From: Patescibacteria group bacterium
GTDB taxonomy: Bacteria > Patescibacteriota > Patescibacteriia > Patescibacteriales > UBA12465
Length of the DNA: 51,985 bases
Reading direction: 5' to 3'
NCBI GenBank assembly: GCA_049318005.1
Contig: JBMOHE010000006.1
Location: forward strand, 1 to 51,985
Shown: piece by piece, positions 1 to 10,711 of the stretch
Layout of the letters: each line of letters opens with the position of its first letter
How positions within the stretch are numbered: the stretch's first letter is position 1
The notes under the pieces: generated by a model
What the model was told of the DNA's origin: nothing
Seen by the model: only the letters and a program-made list of their open reading frames with translations
The model's database searches: none
Program-made: the position numbers and the translations under genes

Positions 1-117
1 AACAAGAAGAGTGAGGAAGTAGAATCTCTTAACCTCAACTTGAACAAGAAGAGTGAGGAAGTAGAATCTCTTAACCTCAACTTGAACAAGAAGAGTGCGG
101 AAGTAGAATCTCTTAAC
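1..117 (+). repeat. 42-bp tandem repeat (at least 2.8 copies) encoding NKKSEEVESLNLNL
   Basis: Units 1-42 and 43-84 are identical; partial unit 85-117 has one substitution. Confidence 0.97.
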
Positions 118-2166
118 AGATCATTTGAATTAAAAAATAGAGAGTTATTATTTGTTACCACATCACTTAGTTGGCGAATCATTAATTTTATAAAAAAAAT
201 AATAAAAATAATCATTCCTGATTCTAGTTTGGGAAATAAAATAGCACTTTCTGTCTTTAGATTTTTTAGAAAAATATTTCGTAATTGCATTAAATATTTT
301 TTAATAATTTTAAATTTAAGTTTGTTAATAAAAGCATTTTTATTTAGCGTTGCGGAGGGAAAAATTAAGTATAAAAGCGTCCCCAATCTTTTTAAGCAAA
401 CAGTTTGGAATATTTTTAATAATGGGTTAGCGCAAACTATCATTATCATAAAAGAATTTAATAAAAAAAATAATGAAACTGATCGCTATAATAATAACTA
501 TTATCGCTGGATAAGGGGAATTGAAGCACCATTTATAAAAAACTTAAAAAAACAAAAAGAGCGGCTAATCTCAGGTTTTGAATATAAGCCAAAAATATCA
601 ATTTTAGTACCAGTTTATAATAGTGATGAAATATTTTTTAGGAAAGCAGTATTTTCAGTAATCAATCAGTGGTATCAAAACTGGGAACTTTGTATTGTTG
701 ATGATAAATCGAAAAACTTATCAATGAAAATAATTCTCGATGAATTAAGGGATAGAAAGGATGATAGGATAAAAATTGACGTAAGAGAAACTAATGGTGG
801 AATATCTAAGGCCACAAATCAAGCCGCAAAAATGGCAAGCGGCGATTTTTTAGCTTTTTTAGATCATGATGATGAGCTTGAGCCTCAAGCGTTATTATTA
901 TTTGTTTTAGAATTACAAAAAAATAAAAATATAGATATTTCTTACTCTGATAGTGATAAAATTGACACCAACGGCTACCGATATAACCCCGAGTTCAAAC
1001 CAGACTGGAGTCCGGAGCTATTACTCTCAGTTGCTTATACGTCTCACTTTAGAATAATTAGAAAAGAACTGTTTAACCTGGTTGGTGGTTTACGTAAAGA
1101 GTTTGACGGATCGCAGGACTATGATTTAATGCTTAGAATAACTGAAAAAACAGATAAAGTTTTGCATATACCCTGGGTTTTGTATCATTGGCGAGCCGTA
1201 AAGGGCTCTTTGGCCTTATCGGCGGAAGCTAAGCCATTCGCTCAAAAAGCGGGGTTAAGGGCTTTACAAGAAGCTCTTGAGCGGCGAAAAATACCAGGTA
1301 GGGCTGTTATTAAAAAAGGGGTTGGAACAAGCGGTCTTTTCAAAATTGAGTTTGATCAGAATTTAATTAAAGACAAAATAAGTATTATTATTCCAACCAA
1401 GGACGCCTTGCCAGTTCTTAAAAAATGTATTACTAGTATAAAAAAATTAACAAGCTACCCTAATTATGAGATTGTTGTTATAAACAACAATAGCGAAAAA
1501 GAAGAAACTCTTAAATATTTAGAATCTGCCGACATAAAAGTTTTAAATATTCCAACCAAGAGATTTAATTTTTCTTATATAAATAACAAAGCGGTTGAAA
1601 TGGTCGATTCTGAATATGTTGTTTTTTTGAATAATGACACAGAAATAATAAACCCTAAATGGTTGCTGGAGCTTATTGGCACCATGAAAATAAGGGACTC
1701 GATTGGTGCCGTTGGCGGTAAGCTTCTATATCAAGACAATACCGTGCAACAAGCAGGCAATATTATTGATTTAGATCATAAACTTGTCGCCTATTACGTT
1801 CAAGACAATAATAAAAAATATATTTATTCTGATTTATTATGTAATTACTCGGCGGTTGGAGCTGCCTGCATGATAGTTAAAAAAAGTTTTTTTCAAAAAA
1901 TTGGCGGTTTTAATGAGATTGAATTGCCAGCTTCTTATGATGATGTTGATCTTTGTATTAGGTTTTTACTAGCTAATCATGTTTGTGTCTATAACCCAGA
2001 GGTTTTACTGTATCATCATGAGAGTTTTACTAGAAAGACCGGCTATATTGCCGCAGAAAATAATTATATAATAAATAATTATAAAAAATATTTTCCAAGC
2101 GGCGATCCTTACTTTAATAGGCATTTTGAAACTTTTAATAATGATTTTACTCTGAAAGAAAAATAA
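1..2166 (+). CDS. Multidomain glycosyltransferase (coiled-coil repeats plus two GT2 domains), 5'-truncated by the window
   Basis: Frame is open from base 1. GT2 motifs KISILVPVYN..VDDKS..FLDHDD and KISIIIPTKD..FLNNDTE; SLSWRI segment after the repeats. Confidence 0.9.
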   Translation, partial: NKKSEEVESLNLNLNKKSEEVESLNLNLNKKSAEVESLNRSFELKNRELLFVTTSLSWRIINFIKKIIKIIIPDSSLGNKIALSVFRFFRKIFRNCIKYFLIILNLSLLIKAFLFSVAEGKIKYKSVPNLFKQTVWNIFNNGLAQTIIIIKEFNKKNNETDRYNNNYYRWIRGIEAPFIKNLKKQKERLISGFEYKPKISILVPVYNSDEIFFRKAVFSVINQWYQNWELCIVDDKSKNLSMKIILDELRDRKDDRIKIDVRETNGGISKATNQAAKMASGDFLAFLDHDDELEPQALLLFVLELQKNKNIDISYSDSDKIDTNGYRYNPEFKPDWSPELLLSVAYTSHFRIIRKELFNLVGGLRKEFDGSQDYDLMLRITEKTDKVLHIPWVLYHWRAVKGSLALSAEAKPFAQKAGLRALQEALERRKIPGRAVIKKGVGTSGLFKIEFDQNLIKDKISIIIPTKDALPVLKKCITSIKKLTSYPNYEIVVINNNSEKEETLKYLESADIKVLNIPTKRFNFSYINNKAVEMVDSEYVVFLNNDTEIINPKWLLELIGTMKIRDSIGAVGGKLLYQDNTVQQAGNIIDLDHKLVAYYVQDNNKKYIYSDLLCNYSAVGAACMIVKKSFFQKIGGFNEIELPASYDDVDLCIRFLLANHVCVYNPEVLLYHHESFTRKTGYIAAENNYIINNYKKYFPSGDPYFNRHFETFNNDFTLKEK

Positions 2167-2170
2167 AAAT

Positions 2171-3250
2171 ATGGCTTTAAAAAAAATTTTATTTATATCT
2201 CATGACTTTGATCCCCAGGGAGCGCAAAGAGCTTTGTTTAATGCCGCCACTTTATTAAAAGAGGATTACAATATCTCTGTCGCCGGTTTAAGAGAGGGAG
2301 AGCTTCAACGGGAATATAAAAAAAATGGAATAAACACCTTTATTATTTCAACTTCTTATAAGCAATCTAGCCTAGAAGCCTTTGATTATATTTTTATAAA
2401 TACAATTGTTCTGTATCCGCTTTTTTCAAAATACGAACAATCTTTTTTAAGAAAAAAGTGTATTCTCTGGATTCATGAGTCAGAAAGAGATGTTTATGAA
2501 GATATTTTTAAATTTGACGTTAATGTTTTTAAATCACTAAGGAATATTCTATTTGTTTCGGAGGCCAGTTTAAGAATGTATTCAGATCTTATAAGAGCTG
2601 AGGCTTCGTCGGCGATTGTTTATCCGCTTAATCTAAAAATTAAGAAAAATCTTAAACAAAATTATAAGAATCGGGGAAAATATTTCATACCAAAAAATGT
2701 CATTCTTATATCTACTGTCGGAGTTGTTGTTAAAAGAAAAGGGCAGGATGACTTTATAAAATCAATAATACCTGTTTTAGAGATGAATAAAAATGTTTAC
2801 GCAGCAATTATTGGTTTTAATGGTGTCGATTTAGAGTTTGAAAATCATATCCGCTATTTAGTTGGAGAAAGCGGGTATAGTGATAGAATTTTGCTCGTTG
2901 ATCAAACTGATGACGTAGACAAATGGTATGAGATGTCTGATATTTTTGCTTTTTGTCCATATATTGAATCAAAGCCTGTGGTTATATTTGAGGCAATGCT
3001 ACATGCGTTACCAATTGTCTCAACTTCAATTTATGGAATACCAGAGCAAATAACCGATAACGAAACCGGAATTTTAGTTCCGGCTGGTGACACCCTTGCC
3101 TTTAGTGAGGCAATTAATTTTATGATCATAAATAAAGATCTCGCTAAAAAAATGGGCGAGAAGGCGAAAGAAGTTGCCCTTAAAATAACTTCTCCTGAAT
3201 TATTTAAAAAAAGATTTATTGATATTATTGAAAAAAATTATGAATCTTAA
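2171..3250 (+). CDS. GT4 family glycosyltransferase
   Basis: KKILFISH N-terminus, RKGQ, ESKPVVIFEAM (EX7E-type) motif. Confidence 0.9.
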   Translation: MALKKILFISHDFDPQGAQRALFNAATLLKEDYNISVAGLREGELQREYKKNGINTFIISTSYKQSSLEAFDYIFINTIVLYPLFSKYEQSFLRKKCILWIHESERDVYEDIFKFDVNVFKSLRNILFVSEASLRMYSDLIRAEASSAIVYPLNLKIKKNLKQNYKNRGKYFIPKNVILISTVGVVVKRKGQDDFIKSIIPVLEMNKNVYAAIIGFNGVDLEFENHIRYLVGESGYSDRILLVDQTDDVDKWYEMSDIFAFCPYIESKPVVIFEAMLHALPIVSTSIYGIPEQITDNETGILVPAGDTLAFSEAINFMIINKDLAKKMGEKAKEVALKITSPELFKKRFIDIIEKNYES

Positions 3251-4133
3251 TAAAATTTCCAAGCATTGGGGAAAACAATTTAAAAGAATGCGCGCTGACA
3301 ATCACTACTGGTTAAATAACGAGATAATTAATCAACATGTTCAGGTTTTAATGACTGGTGAAAAAAGACATTGGCTTGAATGGCTTTTAAATTCATATTT
3401 TAAAAATAAAAAATTTAAAAGCTCTTTAAGTATCTGTTGCGGTGACGGCGATCACGAAAAAGTTCTTTCTAGTAGCGGAAAGATAGATTTTGTACATGGG
3501 GTCGACATTTCAAGCGCCGCCTTAGAAATTGCTAATAATAAATTTAAAACAGAAAAAACCAACGAATCATCTTATTTATTTGAAGTTATGGATGTAAATA
3601 AAATTAATCCTGAATGTTTTTCTAGAAAATATGATTTAGTATTTTCAATTGGCTCTCTTCACCACATCGAAAGTCTTGAAAATGTTATAGAGACAATTAA
3701 AGAAGTTTTAGATAAAGATGCTTATTTTATTATAGTTGAATATATTGGACCAAAAAAATTTCAATGGGAAGATGGACAACTAGAAGTAATAAACAATATT
3801 CTGAAAGTTTTAAGTTTTAAGTATAAAAAAAATTTCGCCCCCAGTGTACTAGAAAGACCAACGCTAGAAGAAATGGACCGAATTGATCCATCTGAGGCGG
3901 TAAGGTCTAACGAGATTTATGAGATGCTAAAAAATAACTTTGACGTTGAATACGAAAGAATGTTTAATGGCACAATAATTCACCGATTATTCCCCTTTCT
4001 TAATTTAAAAAAATCTAAGCAGCAATATTTAGAGTTAATTATAAACATGGCCATAGCTTTAGAAAGTGATTTAATCTTAAACAAAAAATTAAAATCTGAT
4101 TTTGTTTTTATGATACTAAAAAATAAAATCTAA
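3240..4133 (+). CDS. Class I SAM-dependent methyltransferase (start probably ATG 3240)
   Basis: SICCGDG, GVDIS, YDLVFSIGSLHH motifs. Confidence 0.85.
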   Translation: MNLNKISKHWGKQFKRMRADNHYWLNNEIINQHVQVLMTGEKRHWLEWLLNSYFKNKKFKSSLSICCGDGDHEKVLSSSGKIDFVHGVDISSAALEIANNKFKTEKTNESSYLFEVMDVNKINPECFSRKYDLVFSIGSLHHIESLENVIETIKEVLDKDAYFIIVEYIGPKKFQWEDGQLEVINNILKVLSFKYKKNFAPSVLERPTLEEMDRIDPSEAVRSNEIYEMLKNNFDVEYERMFNGTIIHRLFPFLNLKKSKQQYLELIINMAIALESDLILNKKLKSDFVFMILKNKI

Positions 4134-5014
4134 ATAATTTTTAATTTAGGAAAAAATGATAGAATTAAAAAAACTACAGACTTAATTCTTTGTTCAAATA
4201 AAACATTATAAGAAAAAATATTTTTAAAGAAGTAAATTCTAGCCTTTTTGTAATCTTGTTTGCAAAAATAATAATGACCAATCGCCTTTAAGTTAAATTT
4301 TAAGAAAGTGTCAAAATGTTTTTCATAAATTAAAATATAATCATCATTTTCTAGTTTATTTTTTTTGTTTAAATTAGAGTTTAATTCATGTGAAATATAA
4401 CTTGTTAAATTAATTGGAACAAAATTAAAATTATAACCAGCCTCGGCTATTTTAAGCCACATATCCCAATCATCTTTTATTTTTAAATCTGTATCAAAGA
4501 AGCCAACCTCTTTTATTACCTTTGCTTTAATAAGCGCGCAACTAGAAGTTAAAATAAAGCAATCAAGTGTTATATATTTGAGAACATCACCGCTATAACT
4601 TTTTTTGTGCTTAGATAATAATCTAAAATTACTACCCCTTATATCAATATAAGAATAGACTAGGGCCGTCTTATCTTCACCTAGCTTGTTAAAAACGTTC
4701 AACTGCTCTTCTAGTTTATTTTCCAACCAACAGTCGTCATGGTCCAGAAAAGCTATATATTCACCGTCCGCCTTAGCTAGGGCAATATTTTTAGGACGCG
4801 CGGGACCACCAGAATTTTCAATTGTTTTATAAAGCCTGATTCTTTTATCTTTCTTTATAAAATCATTAATTATCTCAGTGGTATTGTCAGTAGAGGAGTC
4901 ATCAACTATTAAATATTCCCAATCTTGATAAGTTTGATTTAAAACGCTATTAATAGTTCGTTTAATAAATTTATCGCTATTATAAGTTGGGGTTATTATT
5001 GATATTTTTGGCAT
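4130..5014 (-). CDS. GT2 family glycosyltransferase (start probably ATG 5014)
   Basis: MPKISIITPTYN, VDDSSTD, FLDHDD motifs. Confidence 0.9.
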   Translation of the reverse strand: MPKISIITPTYNSDKFIKRTINSVLNQTYQDWEYLIVDDSSTDNTTEIINDFIKKDKRIRLYKTIENSGGPARPKNIALAKADGEYIAFLDHDDCWLENKLEEQLNVFNKLGEDKTALVYSYIDIRGSNFRLLSKHKKSYSGDVLKYITLDCFILTSSCALIKAKVIKEVGFFDTDLKIKDDWDMWLKIAEAGYNFNFVPINLTSYISHELNSNLNKKNKLENDDYILIYEKHFDTFLKFNLKAIGHYYFCKQDYKKARIYFFKNIFSYNVLFEQRIKSVVFLILSFFPKLKII

Positions 5015-5140
5015 ATTGTAATTAAAACACACAAACTATAAAATGTAAAAATAATTTTTTAGTTAAAACTTTTTTGTCGACATAAAACTAAAGTGATATA
5101 ATTCAAGATATATTGCTTCTATTTTAAAAAATAAAAACTT

Positions 5141-5827
5141 ATGAAAAATAAAATAATTATTACTGAGGATAAAATGAGAAAATTAATGGCTGAGCTGTTT
5201 ATCGCCGGGCAAGGAGTTGAAATAGGAGCGCTTCATAACCCCCTCGATGTTTCATTAGGTGTAAAAGTAAAGTATGTTGATAGGCTTTCTGTTGGCGATT
5301 TAAGAAAGCAGTATCCAGAATTGAACAATCTTAAATTAGTCAGTGTTGATATAATTTGTGATGGCGAAAAACTAGAAAAAATCCCTGATGATTCTCAGGA
5401 TTTTGTTATAGCCAATCATTTCCTGGAGCACTGCGAGGACCCAATAAAAGCGATAAAAAACATGCTAAGAGTAATAAATAGTGGTGGGTTTGTTTATTTG
5501 GCAATTCCTAACAAAGAACACTCCTTTGATATCGATCGGCCGGTGACAACATTTAATCATTTAGAGAGAGACTATGCCCGCGGGCCACTGTCTTCCAGAA
5601 AAAAACACTTTGAAGAGTGGGTCAAACTTGTTAACAAGACCCAAGGCCGCGACGAAATAGAGCAAGCAGTGAACTCGTTAATGAAAAACCAATACAGCAT
5701 TCACTTTCATGTCTGGGATACAAATGAATTATTAAGTTTTTTTGTTAAGATACAAAAATACTTTTCTTTTGAGATCATGGCATTTATTAAAAATGGTAGC
5801 GAAATAATAGTTATTTTATCTAAGTAG
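5141..5827 (+). CDS. Methyltransferase domain protein
   Basis: GVEIGAL, DFVIANHFLEH motifs. Confidence 0.8.
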   Translation: MKNKIIITEDKMRKLMAELFIAGQGVEIGALHNPLDVSLGVKVKYVDRLSVGDLRKQYPELNNLKLVSVDIICDGEKLEKIPDDSQDFVIANHFLEHCEDPIKAIKNMLRVINSGGFVYLAIPNKEHSFDIDRPVTTFNHLERDYARGPLSSRKKHFEEWVKLVNKTQGRDEIEQAVNSLMKNQYSIHFHVWDTNELLSFFVKIQKYFSFEIMAFIKNGSEIIVILSK

Positions 5828-5861
5828 GCCCGTATTTATTTTTGGCATAGTGTATCCAAAA

Positions 5862-7610
5862 CTAAATTTCTAACTTCAGTAACTGATCAGAGAATCTCTC
5901 AACAAATTCAACTATAACAATATCTGGGTTTTCTTTGCTAATCAAATTATAGTTAATGTTTAATTGATCATAATTATGGACATAGAATCCTTGGTAAACT
6001 GACTCGGACAGGTATTGTACTATAGCTGCAGAAAAAGAATCTCCAAATAGAACAATCTTTCCTGTAGCATTCTTGTTAAGACTTGTTTTATAACCACAAG
6101 AAACGGGGCTCGCTATAGTGTTAACAAAAACATTTTTATTAATGTTTGGCACAAAATTATATTCATTTTTATAATTATAAAAATTAATCATTCTGGCGAG
6201 GTCTGGCCACACGACCGTTGTGGGAACGCTCATCTTTATGATTTCAGGCTTAATTATTTCATTAACAGGATTTATTTCATGTCTATAAGCAGAAATGATG
6301 TTCATTATTCTGTTAGATACTAGAAAGCCGCTTAAATCATTCCAATGAGTGTCACCTTTGTAATATAAAGGTTGTACATAATCTTTTTTTGCCGCAAGTA
6401 GAAGCGGCCTAGTGTCAACGTAAATAAGCCCAATTTCTTTTGAAATTTGATTTATTTGGTCAGCTTTACTTGTTACCCCCCTCTTACTAAGAATGTTATC
6501 TGGTAAATATTCGCTATAAATTGACTCCTTATTCGCGGCCATAACTAAAACTAGACCAATATTTTTTTCTTTTAGTTTATTTTTTAAATTAAGTAAATTC
6601 TTCTTAATTATAGCTAACTCATTTTTATTATATAAACTTTTTCCATAAAAACTTGAAAAACCAATGTCGCCCTTTACGCGGGAATCATAAAAAAGCCATC
6701 CGTCTTTTCCTATAACAACATCCTCTATTAAATTTATATTAAAATATTTTAAATTTAGTAATAAATTAGCATTAATCATTGTACTTCTAAACCCATAATT
6801 ATCTTCAAAAAATAGCTGCACTGATTTCAAATAATTATGCCAATTGTTTATGCTATAAAGCAACTCTAATCTCGGAAAAACGGCTAATGATCGCCCCTCT
6901 CTTAGTTCTTTTTCTGGTAAAAATTTTAAAATCATCTGAGACATTGGGACGCACAGCAATAAAAAAAATAATATTACAAAATAATAGTTTTCAACTCTAA
7001 TAAAATTAATTTTTTTAAATTTTCTTATAAAAATTGGTCCAGAAAGAGCTATTAGAGTAATTAGTAGAGCTAGTATTGTTAGTAGTAATATATTTTTTAA
7101 AAAAATATTGTCATCTAAATAACTATTTCTAAAAAATTCACCATTATAAAATATTTGAGGGTCATTTCCTGATAAAGTTAAGCTCAAGAAACCATCTTCC
7201 ATTTTCTTCTCAATCACATCGCGACTAAAAAGAAAATTCTTATTTATTATCTCTGGAGAAAATTTAAGCTCTTGTTTTTTTGTTTTTAAAGTTATTTGTT
7301 TAATTTTTATTTCTTTATTTTCACTTCCCGGGTCTAGGCGTAGGCCCTTTAAATCTCTATAGGGAACATTTAGAGTAAAAATTAAAGTTTGTTCTTTATT
7401 CTTTTCAATTTTGGCATTTATTATTTCTTCGCTGTTAAAGCCCCTGCCGGTATCGTAAAATAATTGGAAGGTATCTTCTGTTTGCGCCATTGCATCGACT
7501 AAAAGATTAACGGTTTGTTTTTTTTCTAAAAAATATAAATAAACAAGGCAAATCGCCAGTAGCGCAAGGATATTTAAAATAATTATAATTTTTTTATTAA
7601 ATATTTTCAT
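5862..7610 (-). CDS. AlgJ/AlgX-like (SGNH-like) O-acetyltransferase with extra N-terminal extracytoplasmic domain
   Basis: GKDGWLF, DTHWN and LFGDSF motifs; directly downstream of the MBOAT gene. Confidence 0.8.
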   Translation of the reverse strand: MKIFNKKIIIILNILALLAICLVYLYFLEKKQTVNLLVDAMAQTEDTFQLFYDTGRGFNSEEIINAKIEKNKEQTLIFTLNVPYRDLKGLRLDPGSENKEIKIKQITLKTKKQELKFSPEIINKNFLFSRDVIEKKMEDGFLSLTLSGNDPQIFYNGEFFRNSYLDDNIFLKNILLLTILALLITLIALSGPIFIRKFKKINFIRVENYYFVILFFLLLCVPMSQMILKFLPEKELREGRSLAVFPRLELLYSINNWHNYLKSVQLFFEDNYGFRSTMINANLLLNLKYFNINLIEDVVIGKDGWLFYDSRVKGDIGFSSFYGKSLYNKNELAIIKKNLLNLKNKLKEKNIGLVLVMAANKESIYSEYLPDNILSKRGVTSKADQINQISKEIGLIYVDTRPLLLAAKKDYVQPLYYKGDTHWNDLSGFLVSNRIMNIISAYRHEINPVNEIIKPEIIKMSVPTTVVWPDLARMINFYNYKNEYNFVPNINKNVFVNTIASPVSCGYKTSLNKNATGKIVLFGDSFSAAIVQYLSESVYQGFYVHNYDQLNINYNLISKENPDIVIVEFVERFSDQLLKLEI

Positions 7611-7616
7611 ATAAAA

Positions 7617-9086
7617 CTAAAAATGAAAATAAATAAAAGGATTGTAGGTGCTATCAGAGATTGAGATTGAGCAAAGAACAAAAAGTAAAAGCAAAAAAAT
7701 AGAATAGCTCGCATTTAGTAATGATTTAATTCTTATGCCATTAAAAAATCTAAAGTTTTTAATTATATTTTTTATAAAAATAAAGATTGGTGTAGAAAAT
7801 AATACACCAATAACTAAAGCTAGCAATTGTTTATTATTAACATAATCAGATAGGCCGCTAATCTTTAGACCATTAAAGCCAAATAGATTTTTAATAATAT
7901 CTAACGCCTGAGAAACGTTTTCAGCTCTAAATAAAACCCAGCCAATTAAAATTATCAGTAAAACATAAATATGCTGAAAGATTGAGGGCGCTTTGGACAG
8001 CATCTTTCCAAAAGATGTTCGTTCGAGAACAAGAAACAGTCCATGCCAGCAGCCCCAAATAATAAATAACCAACTAGCGCCGTGCCATAAACCGCAAAGG
8101 AAAAAGACAATAAATAAATTAAAATATCCTCTGGCTACGCCAACTTTATTTCCGCCGAGCGGGATATATAAATAATCACGAAACCAGGTCGATAGAGAAA
8201 TGTGCCAACGGCGCCAAAAATCTCTAATACTTTTAGAAATATAGGGGTAATTAAAGTTTTCTAAAAAATTAAAACCAATCATTTTTCCTAAACCAATCGC
8301 CATATCTGAATAACCTGAAAAATCAAAAAATATTTGTAAGGCATAACAAACAGCGCCCAACCAAGAAAGTCCGAAAGATAATTCATTCGACGGGAGAGAG
8401 AAAATTTTGTCGGCTACCGCTCCGACGTTATTAGCGATTATTACCTTTTTTGCTAAACCGATAATAAATCTTTTAACCCCAGTGGATAGATATTCGTAAT
8501 TTATTTTTCTTGATATTAACTCTTTAGAAACATCTATATATCTAACAATTGGCCCAGCAACAAGCTGAGGGAACAATGTCACAAAACATAAATAATCAAT
8601 TACGCTCTTACAGGCAGGGACCCGCTTTCTGTAAACATCAATCGTATAACTCATTGACTGAAAGGTGTAGAAGCTTATTCCTAGTGGCAGTATTATTTTA
8701 GTAAAATATAGCAAAGATGATCCGCTAAAACCAAATATTTGTAATAGTGAGTTGAATTGATCTATGCCAAAATTAAAATACTTATAAAAACCTAAAATAC
8801 TTAAATTACCGATGATAGAAATTACAAGAATTGATTTTGAAATTTTGTCTTTTTTTTGATCAGAAAAATTTTCTCGTGATCTTATAAAAGCAAACATCAG
8901 GCCACAGGAATAATCTAACAAGGCAACGGCTAGCATGAGCAAGACGTATGCGCCTTCGCCCCAAAAATAAAACAAAAGACTGGCTAAAAGAATAAAGAAG
9001 TTTTTATATTTTTTGCCAAGACTAAAATAAATAATCAAAAATATTGGTAAAAATAAATATATGAAGATAATCGAGCTAAAGACCAT
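7617..9086 (-). CDS. algI: MBOAT O-acetyltransferase, AlgI/PatA family
   Basis: LPLGISFYTFQSMSY, FPQLVAGPI, DFSGYSDMAIG, FWRRWHISLS, GLWHGA; ends NPFIYFHF. Confidence 0.92.
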   Translation of the reverse strand: MVFSSIIFIYLFLPIFLIIYFSLGKKYKNFFILLASLLFYFWGEGAYVLLMLAVALLDYSCGLMFAFIRSRENFSDQKKDKISKSILVISIIGNLSILGFYKYFNFGIDQFNSLLQIFGFSGSSLLYFTKIILPLGISFYTFQSMSYTIDVYRKRVPACKSVIDYLCFVTLFPQLVAGPIVRYIDVSKELISRKINYEYLSTGVKRFIIGLAKKVIIANNVGAVADKIFSLPSNELSFGLSWLGAVCYALQIFFDFSGYSDMAIGLGKMIGFNFLENFNYPYISKSIRDFWRRWHISLSTWFRDYLYIPLGGNKVGVARGYFNLFIVFFLCGLWHGASWLFIIWGCWHGLFLVLERTSFGKMLSKAPSIFQHIYVLLIILIGWVLFRAENVSQALDIIKNLFGFNGLKISGLSDYVNNKQLLALVIGVLFSTPIFIFIKNIIKNFRFFNGIRIKSLLNASYSIFLLLLFVLCSISISDSTYNPFIYFHF

Positions 9087-9093
9087 AGTGTTT

Positions 9094-9867
9094 TTATTTT
9101 TTAGGAATTCCGTCTGTGCTTAGTTTTTCATACTCACCCACAACCTCTTCTGGTTTGCCGATTATTTTAATTTTACCGTCAAGCAAGAACATGGCTCTAT
9201 CGCAATATTGTCTAACAATATCCATATTATGAGTTACCAGGACTATCGTTTTATTTTCCTCTCTATATTTTAAAAATTCTTTAAGACACTTTGATTGAAA
9301 ATTAATATCACCAACAGCCAAAACCTCGTCCATTAAGAGAATGTCTCGATTAGCGTTTATAGAAACAGAAAAAGCTAGTCTGGCCCGCATTCCTGAAGAG
9401 TAATTTTTTATTTTTTGGTCTATAAATCTCGATAATTCAGAAAATTCTACAATCTTATCAAATTTTTCGTTAATCTGCTTTTTAGTTAGCCCTAAAACAG
9501 CCGCATTTAAATAGATATTATCTCGACCAGAGAGTTCAGGATTAAAGCCAAGGCCTAGCTCAAGAAAGGGCGATATTTGCCCGTCTATTTTAACGGAACC
9601 CTTATCGGCGCTATAAATACCGGCCAAAATTTTAAGTAAGGTCGATTTTCCGCAGCCATTATATCCAAGAATGCCAAAAAATTCGCCTCGCCTTACTTCA
9701 AAAGAAATATCATTCAAAACATCAAAAGCTTCGTAATTATTTTTTCTAAAAATATTTATAAAGCCATTTTTAATAGTATCAATTTTTTCGTGCGGAATGA
9801 GAAATCTTTTAGAAATATTTTTAACCTCAATCGCAACCTCTCTTTTATCGTTTTCTTCTTTAATCAT
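9094..9867 (-). CDS. wzt: Polysaccharide ABC transporter ATP-binding subunit
   Basis: Walker A GYNGCGKST, YSSGM signature, DEVLAVGD; 257 aa with no C-terminal binding module. Confidence 0.9.
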   Translation of the reverse strand: MIKEENDKREVAIEVKNISKRFLIPHEKIDTIKNGFINIFRKNNYEAFDVLNDISFEVRRGEFFGILGYNGCGKSTLLKILAGIYSADKGSVKIDGQISPFLELGLGFNPELSGRDNIYLNAAVLGLTKKQINEKFDKIVEFSELSRFIDQKIKNYSSGMRARLAFSVSINANRDILLMDEVLAVGDINFQSKCLKEFLKYREENKTIVLVTHNMDIVRQYCDRAMFLLDGKIKIIGKPEEVVGEYEKLSTDGIPKK

Positions 9868-10643
9868 ATAAATTCAGCTACATTTTTCTCTAGTTTTTTA
9901 AATACTAAGAGTGATATTATTAAAATAAATATTATACAGACTACTAAATATATAAAACTACCCAGATCTGCGAATCTATTCGAAATTAAAGCCTCTTTAG
10001 AAAAGTTAATTATAAAAGCGATTGGATTCATTAATATAATTTTTCTGGTATTTTCAGGCATCATTGAGAGAGGATAAACTACAGGCGAAATATACATTAA
10101 AATTGATAAAAGTATTTCCAGGACAGTAGAAACATCCCTAAACCGAACATAAATAGCGGCCGAAAAGAAAGAAAAAGCTATGATTAGGAGGTATAAAAGA
10201 AATGAATAGACAAAAAACACAACAATGCCTTCAAGTGAAGGAATTTTATTGTATATAACAAAGAATAAGGCCAGAACTAATAAGTTCATGCAAAAAACAA
10301 ACAAAGAGTTTGTGGTTGAGCCCAAAACAATTATCCAACGAGGAATATAAATTTTTGTCACTAGCTGAGCTCTGGCTATAAGTGAGGTCGCTCCATTCAT
10401 AACGCCCTCAGAAAAAAATTGAAATATTAAAAGGGCTGTTAAGAGTTCTAGGGGGTAGCTTGGGTTGCTAGAATTTTTAAAATTGAAAATTGAAGAAAAG
10501 ACAAAGTTCAGAACTGTAAACATTAAAAGAGGCTTTAAAATAACCCAAATATACCCAAGAAAGCTTTCGTGGTATCGAAGTTTAAAATCAGTTTTTGCTA
10601 GACTTATTACTAGTTCCAGGTAATTATTTTTCTTTTTTAACAT
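9864..10643 (-). CDS. wzm: Polysaccharide ABC transporter permease
   Basis: DFKLRY..SFLGYIW, about 6 TM segments, RFRD, SPVVYP; 4-nt overlap with wzt. Confidence 0.9.
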   Translation of the reverse strand: MLKKKNNYLELVISLAKTDFKLRYHESFLGYIWVILKPLLMFTVLNFVFSSIFNFKNSSNPSYPLELLTALLIFQFFSEGVMNGATSLIARAQLVTKIYIPRWIIVLGSTTNSLFVFCMNLLVLALFFVIYNKIPSLEGIVVFFVYSFLLYLLIIAFSFFSAAIYVRFRDVSTVLEILLSILMYISPVVYPLSMMPENTRKIILMNPIAFIINFSKEALISNRFADLGSFIYLVVCIIFILIISLLVFKKLEKNVAEFI

Positions 10644-10711
10644 AAATTAAATAATTCTTTAAAATTAATGTTTTTTTGATAATTTCTTCTTATTGTTATA
10701 TAATAAAGACT

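Noticed and set aside
1-117. CRISPR array
   Set aside because: Repeats are head-to-tail without spacers and in frame within a CDS; no cas genes.
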